Below, piece after piece: positions 31,301-41,700 of a stretch of DNA of 64,000 bases (position 1 is the first letter of the stretch; each line of letters starts with the position of its first letter). Source of the stretch: Macrostomum lignano (taxonomy: Eukaryota); NCBI GenBank assembly GCA_002269645.1, contig NIVC01000332.1:35218-99217 (forward strand), read 5' to 3'. The translations under genes were made by a program, and so were the position numbers. The notes beneath the pieces were generated by a model. The model made no database searches and was not told the DNA's origin. It saw only the letters and a list, made by a program, of their open reading frames with translations.

Positions 31301-34300
31301 TTAATAGCAGGCGCCACTCGGCAAAGAACAAAAGAGCTGCATTATAGATAAACAAACTAGCGCCACAGCTTTTGTTTGAAGTTAAAACAGGCACGAAGAC
31401 CAAACATTTCAACAAGAAAAACCCGGAAGCGACGCCGATTAGGCCAAGGGAAGAGCTCAGCTAGCCAGCAGCTGTGTATTAAGTCTTTTGCCTGTTTCAG
31501 CCACGCGCAATAATGCCTCATCACTGCCCAGGCTGGACAGCTCGCCTCTCTGCCCCGCTACTCGAGCTGTGCGTTTCTTCGTCTAACAGAGACATCTGGC
31601 AGAGGGGACCATAGGAAAGCAAAAAGGGGGCCGGGGCGACTCTCTAGGAGTGGGGAACAAGAGTTTAGCTAGGCCTAGGGGAACTGGGACTCTCGTGACA
31701 TAAGAGGGCGGCCCGGCTAGCTCTCCTCGCCCATGACTCATGCGGGCTTAGCAGAGCAGGGTCTACGGCAGTCTAAGCAGAAAAGAAAATGAGCAAATAA
31801 CCTGTGGTCCATCTTATCCCACTTTGCCGCACTGGAATGCAATTCCTAGGCCACAAATAACTTCCAATGAAAACTCACCAGTCTGGTCAATAGTGAATCG
31901 TCCAAGTCCACTACCCGACGTGATAACATAGCCAACGGTGATACTGCTGGATGCGGCGATATTAGGATAAATTGTAGTATTAATGCGACCCACCGATGTA
32001 CCAACTCTTACATCTTCACTTAATGAAAATGAGTAGACAGCTTCGGAGAAGATTATATAAACTGGCGGAGGCACCGCTGCAACAACGTTGATGTTTAGAG
32101 AGATTCTGCTCCGCTTCGGCGCTATCGCAGAGTCTCTGGCGTCCACAAACAATTGATAGGGCGACAGCGCTGCCGACAAAGGCTTGGCTAAGTACAGGCA
32201 GCCCGAGTCCTGGTCGATTACAAAGTGCGACAGAACTTTCGGTACGCCAGACAGGCTGTACACAATGCGTCCGTTTTCACCATAGTCGCTGTCAACGGCA
32301 ATGAGTCGAGTCAGAAAAGAATTGACAGGAATGTCCTCGCTGATAGTTAACGCCAGTCTCTCGCTGCTACTTGGACCGGGACTCTTCGTGATGAAAGTAG
32401 GCGCATGATCATTCTCGTCGGCAATGTTTACACGGAAGTGCAGCTCCGAGCTGCGCTCGGGCTGCCCGCTGTCGTGCGCGCGCACTAGAAGATCGTATAC
32501 CGAGACGGACTCACGATCTAGCAGGTCTCGAGATGCTGTGCGCAGGACGCCAGTGTTTGAATTGATTGAAAAGGCGTTCGTATCGCTGACGCTGTATCGG
32601 ACAGTTCCGTTGGAACCGGCGTCAGGATCCGTAGCGGAAAATCGACAAATCTCAGTACCAATCGGCGTGTCCTCGGGAACAGTGACATCAAATACTGGCG
32701 ATTCAAGCAGTGGCGAGTTGTCATTGACGTCTAACACGCGAATCATTACGTGAGATAATGTGGAGCAATAACTTGGCTCGCCCATATCGCACACAGTAAT
32801 GTTAAGCATGTAGGTCTCACGTTTCTCTCTATCTAATTCATTTAGAACAACTAAGCTGACGCGCCTAGAGCCTTCACTGTCGTCTGTTTCATCAGTTGAA
32901 AACTTATCGAGCCTCTGAGTAACATTGAATGCGTAGCCAATGTTCCCAGAATCAATGCGAAACTGCAGACGACCATTGTAAGATCCATAAGGATCCTGAT
33001 CCTCTGCAAAAAAACTGGCCACTGTTTGTCCGATTCCAATATTTTCTGGAACAGAAAACGACGACAGCACGGAGTTCAACAACGGTGGCCGGTTAGGCAA
33101 GTGATCACCAAAAGACCGAGACTGTAATGATTCAAACATTTGAACAGACACTTCGTGACTATTGCGCGCCTTTTTGTTAGCCTCATATAATTCGGTAACA
33201 CTACGTACGTGCTGAACACAGCGCGTTCTTTTGGTAGAAAACTGCAAATTGTCTAAGATGTTGAATCGCACACGCAACTTTGGCGACTCGCGACCCGCAC
33301 GGTCAGTGGCAACTATAGAGAGCACAATTTGATCATTTATCACTCCATTTAGGTCACATACTAGTTTTAAATTGCCAGTTGTGCTACTAATTGTAAAACA
33401 TCTGCCACCAAGAGGATCGTCGAAGATTTTGTAAGTCACCGGTGCAAATGGATAGTCGAGATCCAGAGCTGGAAAATGTCCTGTCTCGAAGCTTTTATCG
33501 CTTCGCAATAGGTCGACAACACAAGAGTCCGACTCGAATTCCGGACGAAACTCGTCTTCTGGATTAATATTGACATAATAGATAGCTAGTGATTCCCTTG
33601 GAATTGGCTGGCCCTGATCAGAGACTCTCACATAGAGAGTATAGTTTGCGGCCATTGTTTCTGAGTCTAGAGACCGACTGACCACAATTCGTTTCCCGAC
33701 AATGCCAAAGGGAACTTCGGGACTTTCAGCAATGCTTACGATCAAGTCGCTCGGTGTGGCGTCTGCATCATCAGCGTCTACCGTTAAAACCGTAGTTCCT
33801 ACCGTTGCCGACTCAGATACGGAATGAACTGTTGCATTGTTCGCGATTGAGGGCGCGAATTCGTTGCAGTCAGTCACATCAACTGTGAGAGTGTGAAATA
33901 TTAGTCGTCTTAGGTTATCTGCATCGCGAATTCGAGCAAATATAGACAGCTTCGGAGCAGATTCAGCGTCTAGTGGCGACTTGATAACAAGGACACCCGT
34001 GTCTTCATCTAGATGTACGTAAGAATTGCCTTGCAGCATGTTGTAGCGATATTTAATGTGCGGCAGCGTCTGATTATAGATAGTAGAATGAAACTGGAAG
34101 ATAATAGACCCAACTGGCATACACTCTGGAACGGATACGAAAAATTCCAAGTTAGTGGGGTCGATTCCAAGAAGACTACGATCGTTAGGATTAACAATGA
34201 AGTTTCCCGTAAAATGCTGGCCCTGATCAACCGGATCAGTAACAGAAAAGTTCACGTTGAATTGCCGCTGGGACACACTGGGAGAAAAACTGAAATCGTT

Positions 34301-35224
34301 GCGCAGCTGCAGTCGATACGCAGAATCGGAGGTGTGCACAAATTCGAAGTAGTTGTTAGCTTCGCTGTTTAGTATCTGAACAGAAGACCTATTGCTTGCT
34401 CCAGTGAGATTAAGCCACGCAAATACACTGCCAGCCTTGCCTAAATTATTCACATGGTTTAGGACGTTCACGGTACCAGTAATTTGTTGCACAGATACCC
34501 TATCCAAATCTTTTACTATGACAGTCACCAGTACATCACTATAGTTCTCTGTAATCGGACAGCTACGCGTCTTCGGATTGACAACAATAGCACGAAGCTT
34601 GTATTCTTTCTGTAGCGGACGGCTGGTGAGTACTAAGGCTCCGGTGTGTGGATTCAGAGTAAACACAGGAGACAAGTCCCGCAGGTAGAGCACGTACGAC
34701 GTTTCGCCTCCGGAGGGTACTTCAACCTGCACGTGACCGATGGTGGAGAACAGACTCTGGGTGGAATCGATGCTAAAGGTGTAAGAGATTGCCGAAATGA
34801 ATGGGCACAGCTCGGTGACTGCCAACACCTTCAAATAGAGAATGCATCGAGGCGAAACTGTTGGAACGCCAGCAATTTCGGCAGAGATTGGAACAGCAAG
34901 GGTGCCAGTGAAATTTCGACTGCTGGCAGCGAGGTTGGTCGTGCGCAAACGCAGGAATGTGACCCCGGCGACATGCTCCGACCATGGCACGAAGAAGTTG
35001 ACGAAATTATCGTCAGCTACTCTGAAAGAGACAGCCTTGTCTGTCTTTAAACTGATGAGCGTCCGCTGCGGCTGGACAGGCGTGTTCTTGAACTTGAACA
35101 CTGTTGCATTGTAGTGCTGCTGAGAGAACTCGTACTCTGATGCAATTTTAATTGCATTGCTGCTAATTAAGGCCTGACAGAACAGCAGAATGAGTAATGC
35201 CAGGAGCCCATCATGTTTCTTCAT
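7978..35224 (-). CDS. FAT1: Fat-like (Fat1/2/3, Drosophila Fat2/kugelei class) giant cadherin, 5' half (~2330 aa); gene continues beyond position 1
   Basis: Signal peptide MKKHDGLLALLILLFCQALISSNA, then repeated cadherin motifs (LDRE, DxND, AxDxD). Ten coding exons: 31879-35224, 28921-29265, 28518-28733, 27757-28206, 26146-26282, 23114-23717, 11835-12457, 10751-11244, 9087-9324, 7978-8515; all GT-AG with matching phases. GSGLGRFTIDQTG|EIRTRIPLDRESQPAGLWLTVHA resembles vertebrate FAT1 as I recall it. The symbol denotes the orthology group only. Confidence 0.9.
8545..8895. repeat. 21-bp minisatellite GGGGATAATTGCCTGTAACTA
   Basis: About 16 copies abutting the exon 10 acceptor; falsely extends ORF 7931-8758. 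Confidence 0.9.
9087..9324 (-). CDS. FAT1: Fat-like cadherin coding exon 9
   Basis: ctgcag|G; QRTANL...VQENS...MDAEQARRHVLL|GTGAG; 238 nt, phase 2-0. Confidence 0.88.
9470..9870. repeat. GC-rich degenerate minisatellite (GGGGCGGTTT/GGGGCGATTC)
   Basis: Recurrent 10-22 bp units; core shared with 22540-23000. Confidence 0.8.
10751..11244 (-). CDS. FAT1: Fat-like cadherin coding exon 8
   Basis: tcccag|GAG; ELTYEI...LDRETRD...DVNDCPP...AYDRD; AG|GTAAG; 494 nt, phase 0-2. Confidence 0.92.
11326..11805. repeat. 32-33-bp minisatellite containing GTCACGTGAC
   Basis: About 15 units (ATCGGTCACGTGACTCCATCTAGCAACCCTTCA) filling Fat intron 7. Confidence 0.92.
11835..12457 (-). CDS. FAT1: Fat-like cadherin coding exon 7
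   Basis: caacag|GC; NDLGLFDLDSETG...PVDRE...DVNDNRP...ADADFGVNQ|GTAAC; 623 nt, phase 1-0. Confidence 0.92.
12690..13310. repeat. 24-bp minisatellite TATTAGTGTCTTAGTGTCTGTCTG ending in (TGTC)n
   Basis: About 24 near-perfect copies. Confidence 0.97.
18815..19985. repeat. 21-bp-based GACA-derived minisatellite (GATAGAACAGACAGACAAGCA) with variant blocks
   Basis: Directly visible; source of the overlapping repetitive ORFs 18639-20077. Confidence 0.95.
21073..21349. mobile_element. Putative hAT-type MITE with GA-rich interior
   Basis: Imperfect terminal inverted repeats CACGGGTTGGTAAAC / GTTTGCCAACCCCCG; subterminal segment 21267-21310 recurs at 42069-42113; no convincing TSD. Confidence 0.45.
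22540..23000. repeat. ~25-bp minisatellite TTTTCCTAGGGAAATTTAAGGGGCGA
   Basis: About 17 imperfect copies near the exon 6 donor. Confidence 0.88.
23114..23717 (-). CDS. FAT1: Fat-like cadherin coding exon 6
   Basis: acacag|CTG; LLLLVSQSNRNSPMF...ATDPD...AFDLDSG...VISG; GTGAG donor; 604 nt, phase 0-1. Confidence 0.9.
23855..24125. repeat. ~35-bp minisatellite GATCCTCATTTGTAGGGACTCGAAATCCCT
   Basis: About 7 imperfect copies. Confidence 0.82.
25820..26042. repeat. 48-bp minisatellite
   Basis: About 4.5 copies of CTTCAGTGGGACACTATCAGTGCCTCAGGTGTTAAAGGTTATCAATGC. Confidence 0.9.
26146..26282 (-). CDS. FAT1: Fat-like cadherin coding exon 5 (absent from ORF track)
   Basis: tttgcag|GC; RGSEDFYMPQSGGRLQLIRRLSHARQAVYNLTVGARLG...TKS|GTGAG; 137 nt, phase 1-0, bridges exons 4 and 6 in frame. 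Confidence 0.82.
26600..27692. repeat. 24-bp minisatellite GAATATGGGATAGACTTTGCTTTG, ~45 copies
   Basis: Directly visible; gives the (ALEYGIDF)n ORF, broken by in-frame TAA variants after 27372. Confidence 0.97.
27757..28206 (-). CDS. FAT1: Fat-like cadherin coding exon 4
   Basis: ctcag|AT; LPAVDKDLLENATILYSL...TVVAKDAG; GTGAG donor; 450 nt, phase 1-1. Confidence 0.88.
28518..28733 (-). CDS. FAT1: Fat-like cadherin coding exon 3
   Basis: ctctag|GC; RLTTTELAVDRE...SDLNDSPPKF; GTGAG donor; 216 nt, phase 1-1. Confidence 0.9.
28921..29265 (-). CDS. FAT1: Fat-like cadherin coding exon 2
   Basis: aacag|GC; EIRTRIPLDRE...LEDVNDYRP...FRIEPETG; GTGAG donor; 345 nt, phase 1-1. Confidence 0.92.
31879..35224 (-). 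CDS. FAT1: Fat-like cadherin coding exon 1 (3346 nt; signal peptide and N-terminal cadherin repeats)
   Basis: 1136-aa ORF. ATG at 35224 preceded 9 nt upstream by an attttag acceptor. Donor G|GTGAG at 31878, phase 1. Confidence 0.95.
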
Positions 35225-37762
35225 GTCTTCACCCTAAAATTTATTAAGATAAAATGACAGTCATGTATAACCAAATATATAAATGAGCAGAAAAAGTGAA
35301 CATTCACAAACAATGTAAAATATAATTCAAATAATTACAAATGTCTAGCTCTAACAAGAAAACTTAAAGACAAAGGCAGACATCACCTTGATAAAAATAT
35401 ATATGATTTTTATCAATTGATATCATATAACCAATTAAAATATTTGGTCAAGCCATCTAAAAAAATCACTATAAATATTGTTCAACAAGTAGACATACAA
35501 ATTTCACTTTTAATTTCTATGTATATATTTGCAAAAAATAAGTTTAATAAGAAAACCTAATATACTATGGGCAATATTATTATGGCTTACAAAAAAGTAA
35601 GAGATAAGAAAAATCACTCTTTGATTTAATTTTTACTATATTGCAAAATTATCTAAAATTTATTAATACTTTCTTATATAGCAAAGGTAAGTTGTTTTTG
35701 GCTATTGGGTTTCCAAAAAATATTGTTTAAATTTAATTTTAAATACTTGTTTAAACTAAAAAAGGAATCAATAAATAAAACTACAAATATAAATCTATCT
35801 AATGGCAATGCTACAAAATGTCTTCATTATATAGGCCTACAGATAGAAATATAGAGTGATTATAAAATTGTGATTTAAATGAATTTAATTGGACTTAGCA
35901 TTAACTATAGATGAAAGAATCCATGGATTACTCATCTAAAACTTGAAATTATCCCTGCTGTAAACCTATAGGTAGATTAAAGTTAAAAATCCCTTGGGCT
36001 ATAAGATTTTATTTGCTATTGAATCAGGTATGTTAGATGCATTTTTGGATTCTTAAAAGCTTAGCAACAAGTTAAGTCCTATCTATTATAGGGCCTATAG
36101 GATTATTTTTTCCTTTCATAGTTTTCATAGGCCAAAGTGACCATAGATTATTTCAGATAAGCAATCCAAAATATTCCTTCACCCATGGTACTAACCAATG
36201 GTCTGCAAGTCTGCAAAACTTTCTGCAAAAAAAGTCTGCAAAAGCAGACTTTTGACCATCACTAGAATCAATTATGACTTATGACATGTAGCTGTAATAG
36301 AATTTCAAAGGCTATCTTGAGCTATACAATGACATTGTACTCAGAAACAGAATTTTAGAAATAATGGTGGCCATGTTTAGGCTTATTCTTTTATTACTAA
36401 CTGGTATGTTAGCTAAAATACACAAATATAAAAATACTTACAGTTTCATATCTTCTTTGCTTCTGTAAGCAAATGATAAATATTCTTACTGAAGCCTTTG
36501 AAGAAACTAGTGAATTGGAGCAATCACTTCATTTTTCTGTTTCGTTGTTACAGAAGAAGTGAAGAAAGAAATTACGTAAAAAGACTAGAACCGGGCTAAA
36601 AAAGAGTATTTTTGCACTGGTTTGAGCTTGTCAATATTGGCGTGCCGATAGTCGATTGTATATAGTCCGAATAGTCCGATGCATGTGGTCATTCAGCGAA
36701 ACCTAACTTTAAATAGTCTTGAGTAGCTTTATATTAATTAAACAAAAAGTCGTTACCAGTCTTACTATTAAGAATAAGTTAAATAATAATTTTAATATTG
36801 AAGCTAACTATAGCAAAAATACAAAGTTCTTGTCATGTTGCATTTAAAAATGATGTTTCATCAAGTTGTGAAATACGCTTTCCTTGATATTTGTAGAAAT
36901 GATGTCAGATTTCGATTGTACGCTAAATTAATCGTAAATTAAGACCCACTGGAAGGAAAGCGTACAAATCCTATTTTAAAAACTACTACTACTGGATTCT
37001 ACTGGATTCAAATTAGATCAGCACCTACTGGAGTATACATACACGTACATGTGTATACGTCAACTTTGGGTTTGGATTTATAAAAAGAAAACAATAGGAA
37101 AAGTTTACTTTCACTACACCACTGTATACAATACAACAGAGTAACCTAATTGTGCATTCTAAATTAAAGGAATGGTCATCTTCGCTGCAATTATAGATTT
37201 TGTCATCAAAAAGTGATTTTCTTATCTCCACTGTCTATATTTTCAGGATATTGCCCCCCCCCCTAAAATTACACGATGTTTACGTTTTAAGACAATTGTA
37301 GTAACAATCTTCCTTCCAAATTTTACATTGTACGACTACTAATTCGCGCAATAAATACTAATACTCTTTTGAATTCTGATATTTCGTCATATAGCAGCTA
37401 CAAATGCATATTGCATGTATATATATCTTCTGCCACCGATCCTGTTTTTGTCATTAGATAAAACTAAACATCAATACGGCATTATGACTACTGAACGGAA
37501 TGAAAATTGATAAAACAGTTAAATTAATGGATTTGTATGCAAGAGACATACATGTACTGCTGCAGTATCTCTTAAGTGGCACTCTTTATAACTGTTTTAC
37601 ACTCACATGTATGTATCGGTATAGACATCGATCGATCATGTGACGCACAAAAATAACGGTTTTTAATTTCGCATACTTCTGTCAAGTTTCATACACATAA
37701 CACGTGTATAATCAAGAGCATATATAATCGAGTATACGATCGATATACGAGACGAGTCGAGG

Positions 37763-37885
37763 GTGAGTGTGGCGACCCCAGTCCTTGGACTGAACAGTCG
37801 TACGCAGCATTATTCAGATGCGCCGCGCAATAGCTGCGGCTGAGCTGTCGGTTGCACATCTAGCTGTAATGAATTATTATTAGTA
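37763..37885 (+). mobile_element. 5'-truncated SINE family A copy
   Basis: GTGGCGACCCCAGTCCTTGGACTGAACAG...GCTGAGCTGTCGGTTGCACATCT is the reverse complement of the family A 3' body, followed by an (att)n tail. Confidence 0.75.
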
Positions 37886-38450
37886 GTATACGAGTATATA
37901 TATGTAACGAAAAGACATCATGCACAAGTTCAGCAGAAAATCCTAAAAGATACAATACAGTATTTATGCATGTACATGTACATGTACTAATGAAAGCATC
38001 GGCTTCTATTTCCGTGAAGTTTAGTCAATCAAAAGGAAAGCAACACAATAATTTGATTTTATTATTTCAAGCTCTTCAAGACCTGCAGTCCAGACCATAG
38101 AATAAGCATTTTTGTATTATGCAGCAGTAGTTTTGTTTCCTTAAAAACTCAAATCAATGGTTGAGGACAGACTGCTCAGCTGAATTATTTTTGGGAATGC
38201 TATTAGATTTAGCATCTCATGTCAGCCAACTCAGATAAGTTCTGCACATATCGTTCCAATCTGAGGACAACAGAAAAACGCGACCGTAACTGTGTAAGTT
38301 ATGAATCCTGCATCAATATAATAATAAACCTTTTACACCTGAGTTAGATTCAGGAACATTTGATTTTGGATTAGCAATCTGAAAAAATCTGGAGCTAAGA
38401 ATCAGATGATTTTTATCACAATAATTTGTACTTCTCGCTAGCCAGGTTAG

Positions 38451-38790
38451 ATGGTGGAGCTGCCCTGGCTGTCAAGTTCCGAGACGCAGCAGGACTGGCA
38501 GTTGCAATCCGCCAAGCGCCATCTGAAGGACAATCGCACCCGATCCCGAAGCCGCAGCCGAAGAAGCCGCTACGAGAGTCGCCGATTTCAGGTGCCGCAA
38601 GCGCAAGTCATCGCGGCTGGGCGGAAACGGCGGGGCGACTCGCCAACCGCTACAGCTACGAGCCTGGAGTTTAGCAATTCAAAAGCTGCAAGCAGGTGCG
38701 TACGGCTTCTGCCGCTCCGGTTCTCAATAGAAGCTGCCGCCGATTCACCGCTCGATTCGGCGCTGATTGTTCGGCCGCTGGCCGATCCCG
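38451..38790 (+). CDS. Triple-CAP gene, putative first coding exon (Arg/Ser-rich)
   Basis: ATG 38451, open to donor G|GTAAG at 38791 (phase 1). AG sites just upstream mean it may be an internal exon. Confidence 0.55.
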
Positions 38791-41700
38791 GTAAGCCGAT
38801 CCCGGAGTTTCCACGGCTTTCAGGTGCATGCAATACGGTAGTTGCAGTTTTCAGGGGATCATAACTTCATCTCCAATACGGTGTTTAAAGTGGCATTTAC
38901 ACTTAATCGTGGATAATGGGGCAGAGAAGTTCAGCGGTAAACGTGTCCGACTCCGCGTCACGACCAAGCTGGTTCGATTCGGTGCGCAACCATGCACATT
39001 CATTGGGGCTTGTGTGTGCACAAAACTTGGCCCACGGGGCTGCCGTGCCATTCGCAACCATGAAGGCCAACATCCAAGGCACACAGAGTGTACATGTCTG
39101 ACGATTAGACAGTCAGGGCCACTGTACACCCGTGTGAGCGTGTGTGTGTGTGCGTACTTGAGTACAGTATTGGAGGGCTTGCATGTGCTCAGGAGTCAGC
39201 GGAATGGCCAGAATTGCCTCAGCTCTGGTTGCGGAACCATTTCGCCGAAGGCGTTGCGCCAGAGTTCCCCAGGGTTCTGTTTTGCGCCAGAGTTCCCCAG
39301 GGTTCTGTTTTGCGCCAGAGTTCCCCAGGGTTCTGTTTTGCGCCAGAGTTCCCCAGGGTTCTGTTTTGCGCCAGAGTTCCCCAGGGTTCTGTTTTGCGCC
39401 AGAGTTCCCCAGGGTTCTGTTTTGCGCCAGAGTTCCCCAGGGTTCTGTTTTGCGCCAGAGTTCCCCAGGGTTCTGTTTTGCGCCAGAGTTCCCCAGGGTT
39501 CTGTTTTGCGCCAGAGTTCCCCAGGTTTCTGTTTTGCGTCAGAACAACCACGAGTCAGAGAGGAGGATTTTATATAGCAAATCTTTGCTAGAAGCATGAA
39601 GACCTGTTGGAGGTTTATGTGTATGCATTGTAAACTAGGAAATTGCTTTTCAAAACTGTTATGATTTATTATAATAAAAAACAATAAGAGCTAGGAAACT
39701 AAGATATAAAGTCGTACTGGGCCAGCTTATGAGTTTTGGCTTGGCGCATTTACGTAAAATGTAATAAAACTTTGCAATAAATGAGCTAAGCAATAAAACA
39801 GGCAAGGTGAATTAAAAGTACAATAATTAGATCTGCTTTGACCAATGACCAATATTTTAATAGTTTCTCTAAAACAAACCAAGATAGCCGTTCTTCTACT
39901 AACATTCGCCCTTGCTGTTGTCACGTGCATCAATCTGAACTGCCTTGAGGTCGAGGAATAATAATGATTTTTTAGGTGGCTCGTGACAGCTTGATTCTGT
40001 TTAATTAAAACTTCAAATTGGCTACACTGTTCTGTTTGACATTTTTATTCTTTTCAGATCATTTCAAAGGCATTTGCCAGCAAGAGGCAACGGCTAGATT
40101 TGTTAATCTGGATTCAGCAAACACTCTGAACAGTGTGAGGGCCTTTTTGATTTCATTGGTTGCATTTTTAAGTTTCTATTTACGCTATGAAATGAGTACC
40201 AGAAGCTGCTTATCAGGGAGGGCCGTAGCCTAGAGGTGCTCTGGTGTGCCAGCAACCCAGGCTCGATTCCAAGTGCAGTTATATAAGTTTGAGGCTAAAT
40301 TGGAATCTCGGCTTGGCTCTGCTCGTGCAGTCAACGCCCTTGAGGGCCAACCTTCAAGGCGCAGTGAAGTGTACATGCCTAACGATAAATAGAGTTAGGG
40401 CTGCTGTACACTCCTGTGTGAGTGTGTGCCTGTGCGTATGACTGCGTACGTATCCGCGTGCTTGAGTGCCTGGGAGTCGGCGGAATGGGCAGTAATGCCT
40501 CTCGCCGGCTGTGACAATGTCGCTTGAAGTGCACCAGGATGCGCAGAGCCCCTGTCTCCAACAAAAAATAAGTTGAATGTCAGAGTAGTTTGCCCTGCTG
40601 CTCCCTCCTGCAGAATGCAACCACGCGCAAGTTCGCCGCAGAGCCCCTGTCTGCAACAAAAAACAAGTTGAATGTCAGCGTAGTTTGCCCTGCTGCTCCC
40701 TCCTGCAGAATGCAACCACGCGCAAGTTCGCCGCAGAGCCCCTGTCTGCAACAAAAAACAAGTTGAATGTCAGAGTAGTTTGCCCTGCTGCTCCCTCCTG
40801 CAGAATGCAACCACGCGCAAGTTCGCCGCAGAGCCCCTGTCTGCAACAAAAAACAAGTTGAATGTCAGCGTAGTTTGCCCTGCTGCTCCCTCCTGCAGAA
40901 TGCAACCACGCGCAAGTTCGCCGCAGAGCCCCTGTCTGCAACAAAAAACAAGTTGAATGTCAGAGTAGTTTGCCCTGCTGCTCCCTCCTGCAGAATGCAA
41001 CCACGCGCAAGTTCGCCGCAGAGCCCCTGTCTGCAACAAAAAACAAGTTGAATGTCAGAGTAGTTTGCCCTGCTGCTCCCTCCTGCAGAATGCAACCACG
41101 CGCAAGTTCGCTGCCCAGATGCTGGCTGCGCACAACGAGTACCGATCGCTGCACCAGTCGCCGCCGCTGCGGTTCAGCGAGGAGCTGACCCGGCAAGCGC
41201 AAGCCTGGGCGGAGCTGCTAGCAAAGCGAGACTCGCTGGCCTACGATTTGAAATGCGACGCAGCTGGCATTGGCGAGAACGTGGCCAGAAAGTGCGACAT
41301 TGGCCATGGGGAAGTGACAGGTAAGAAGGCTTTTGGCGACAATTGAGCAACAAGCCGAGGCGGCAAGCAGCTGACCTTTGAGCAAGCACAGGGTTTACAG
41401 CAGGGTTTGGCTTGATTTTTTACCTAAATGGTTAGATGGCCAGCGCATGACTGCGGACCAGAGGAAGGGAAACAAAAGAGAGAATAGAGGAGAAGAGAAG
41501 AGCGCAAAGAGAATAGAAGGGAGATGAGATAAGGGAGAGGAGAGAAGGTAGAGAAGAGAAGGGAGATGAGAGAAGGGAGATGAGAGAATGGAAAAGAGAG
41601 AAGGGAGATGAGAGAAGGGAGATGAGAGAAGGGAGATGAGAGAGGGGAGATGAGAGAAGGGAGATGAGAGAATGGAAAAGAGAGAAGGGAGATGAGAGAA

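Noticed and set aside
40545-41112. CRISPR-like regular array
   Set aside because: Eukaryotic intron; whole 95-bp units are identical with no unique spacers and no cas genes. The same applies to the other arrays.
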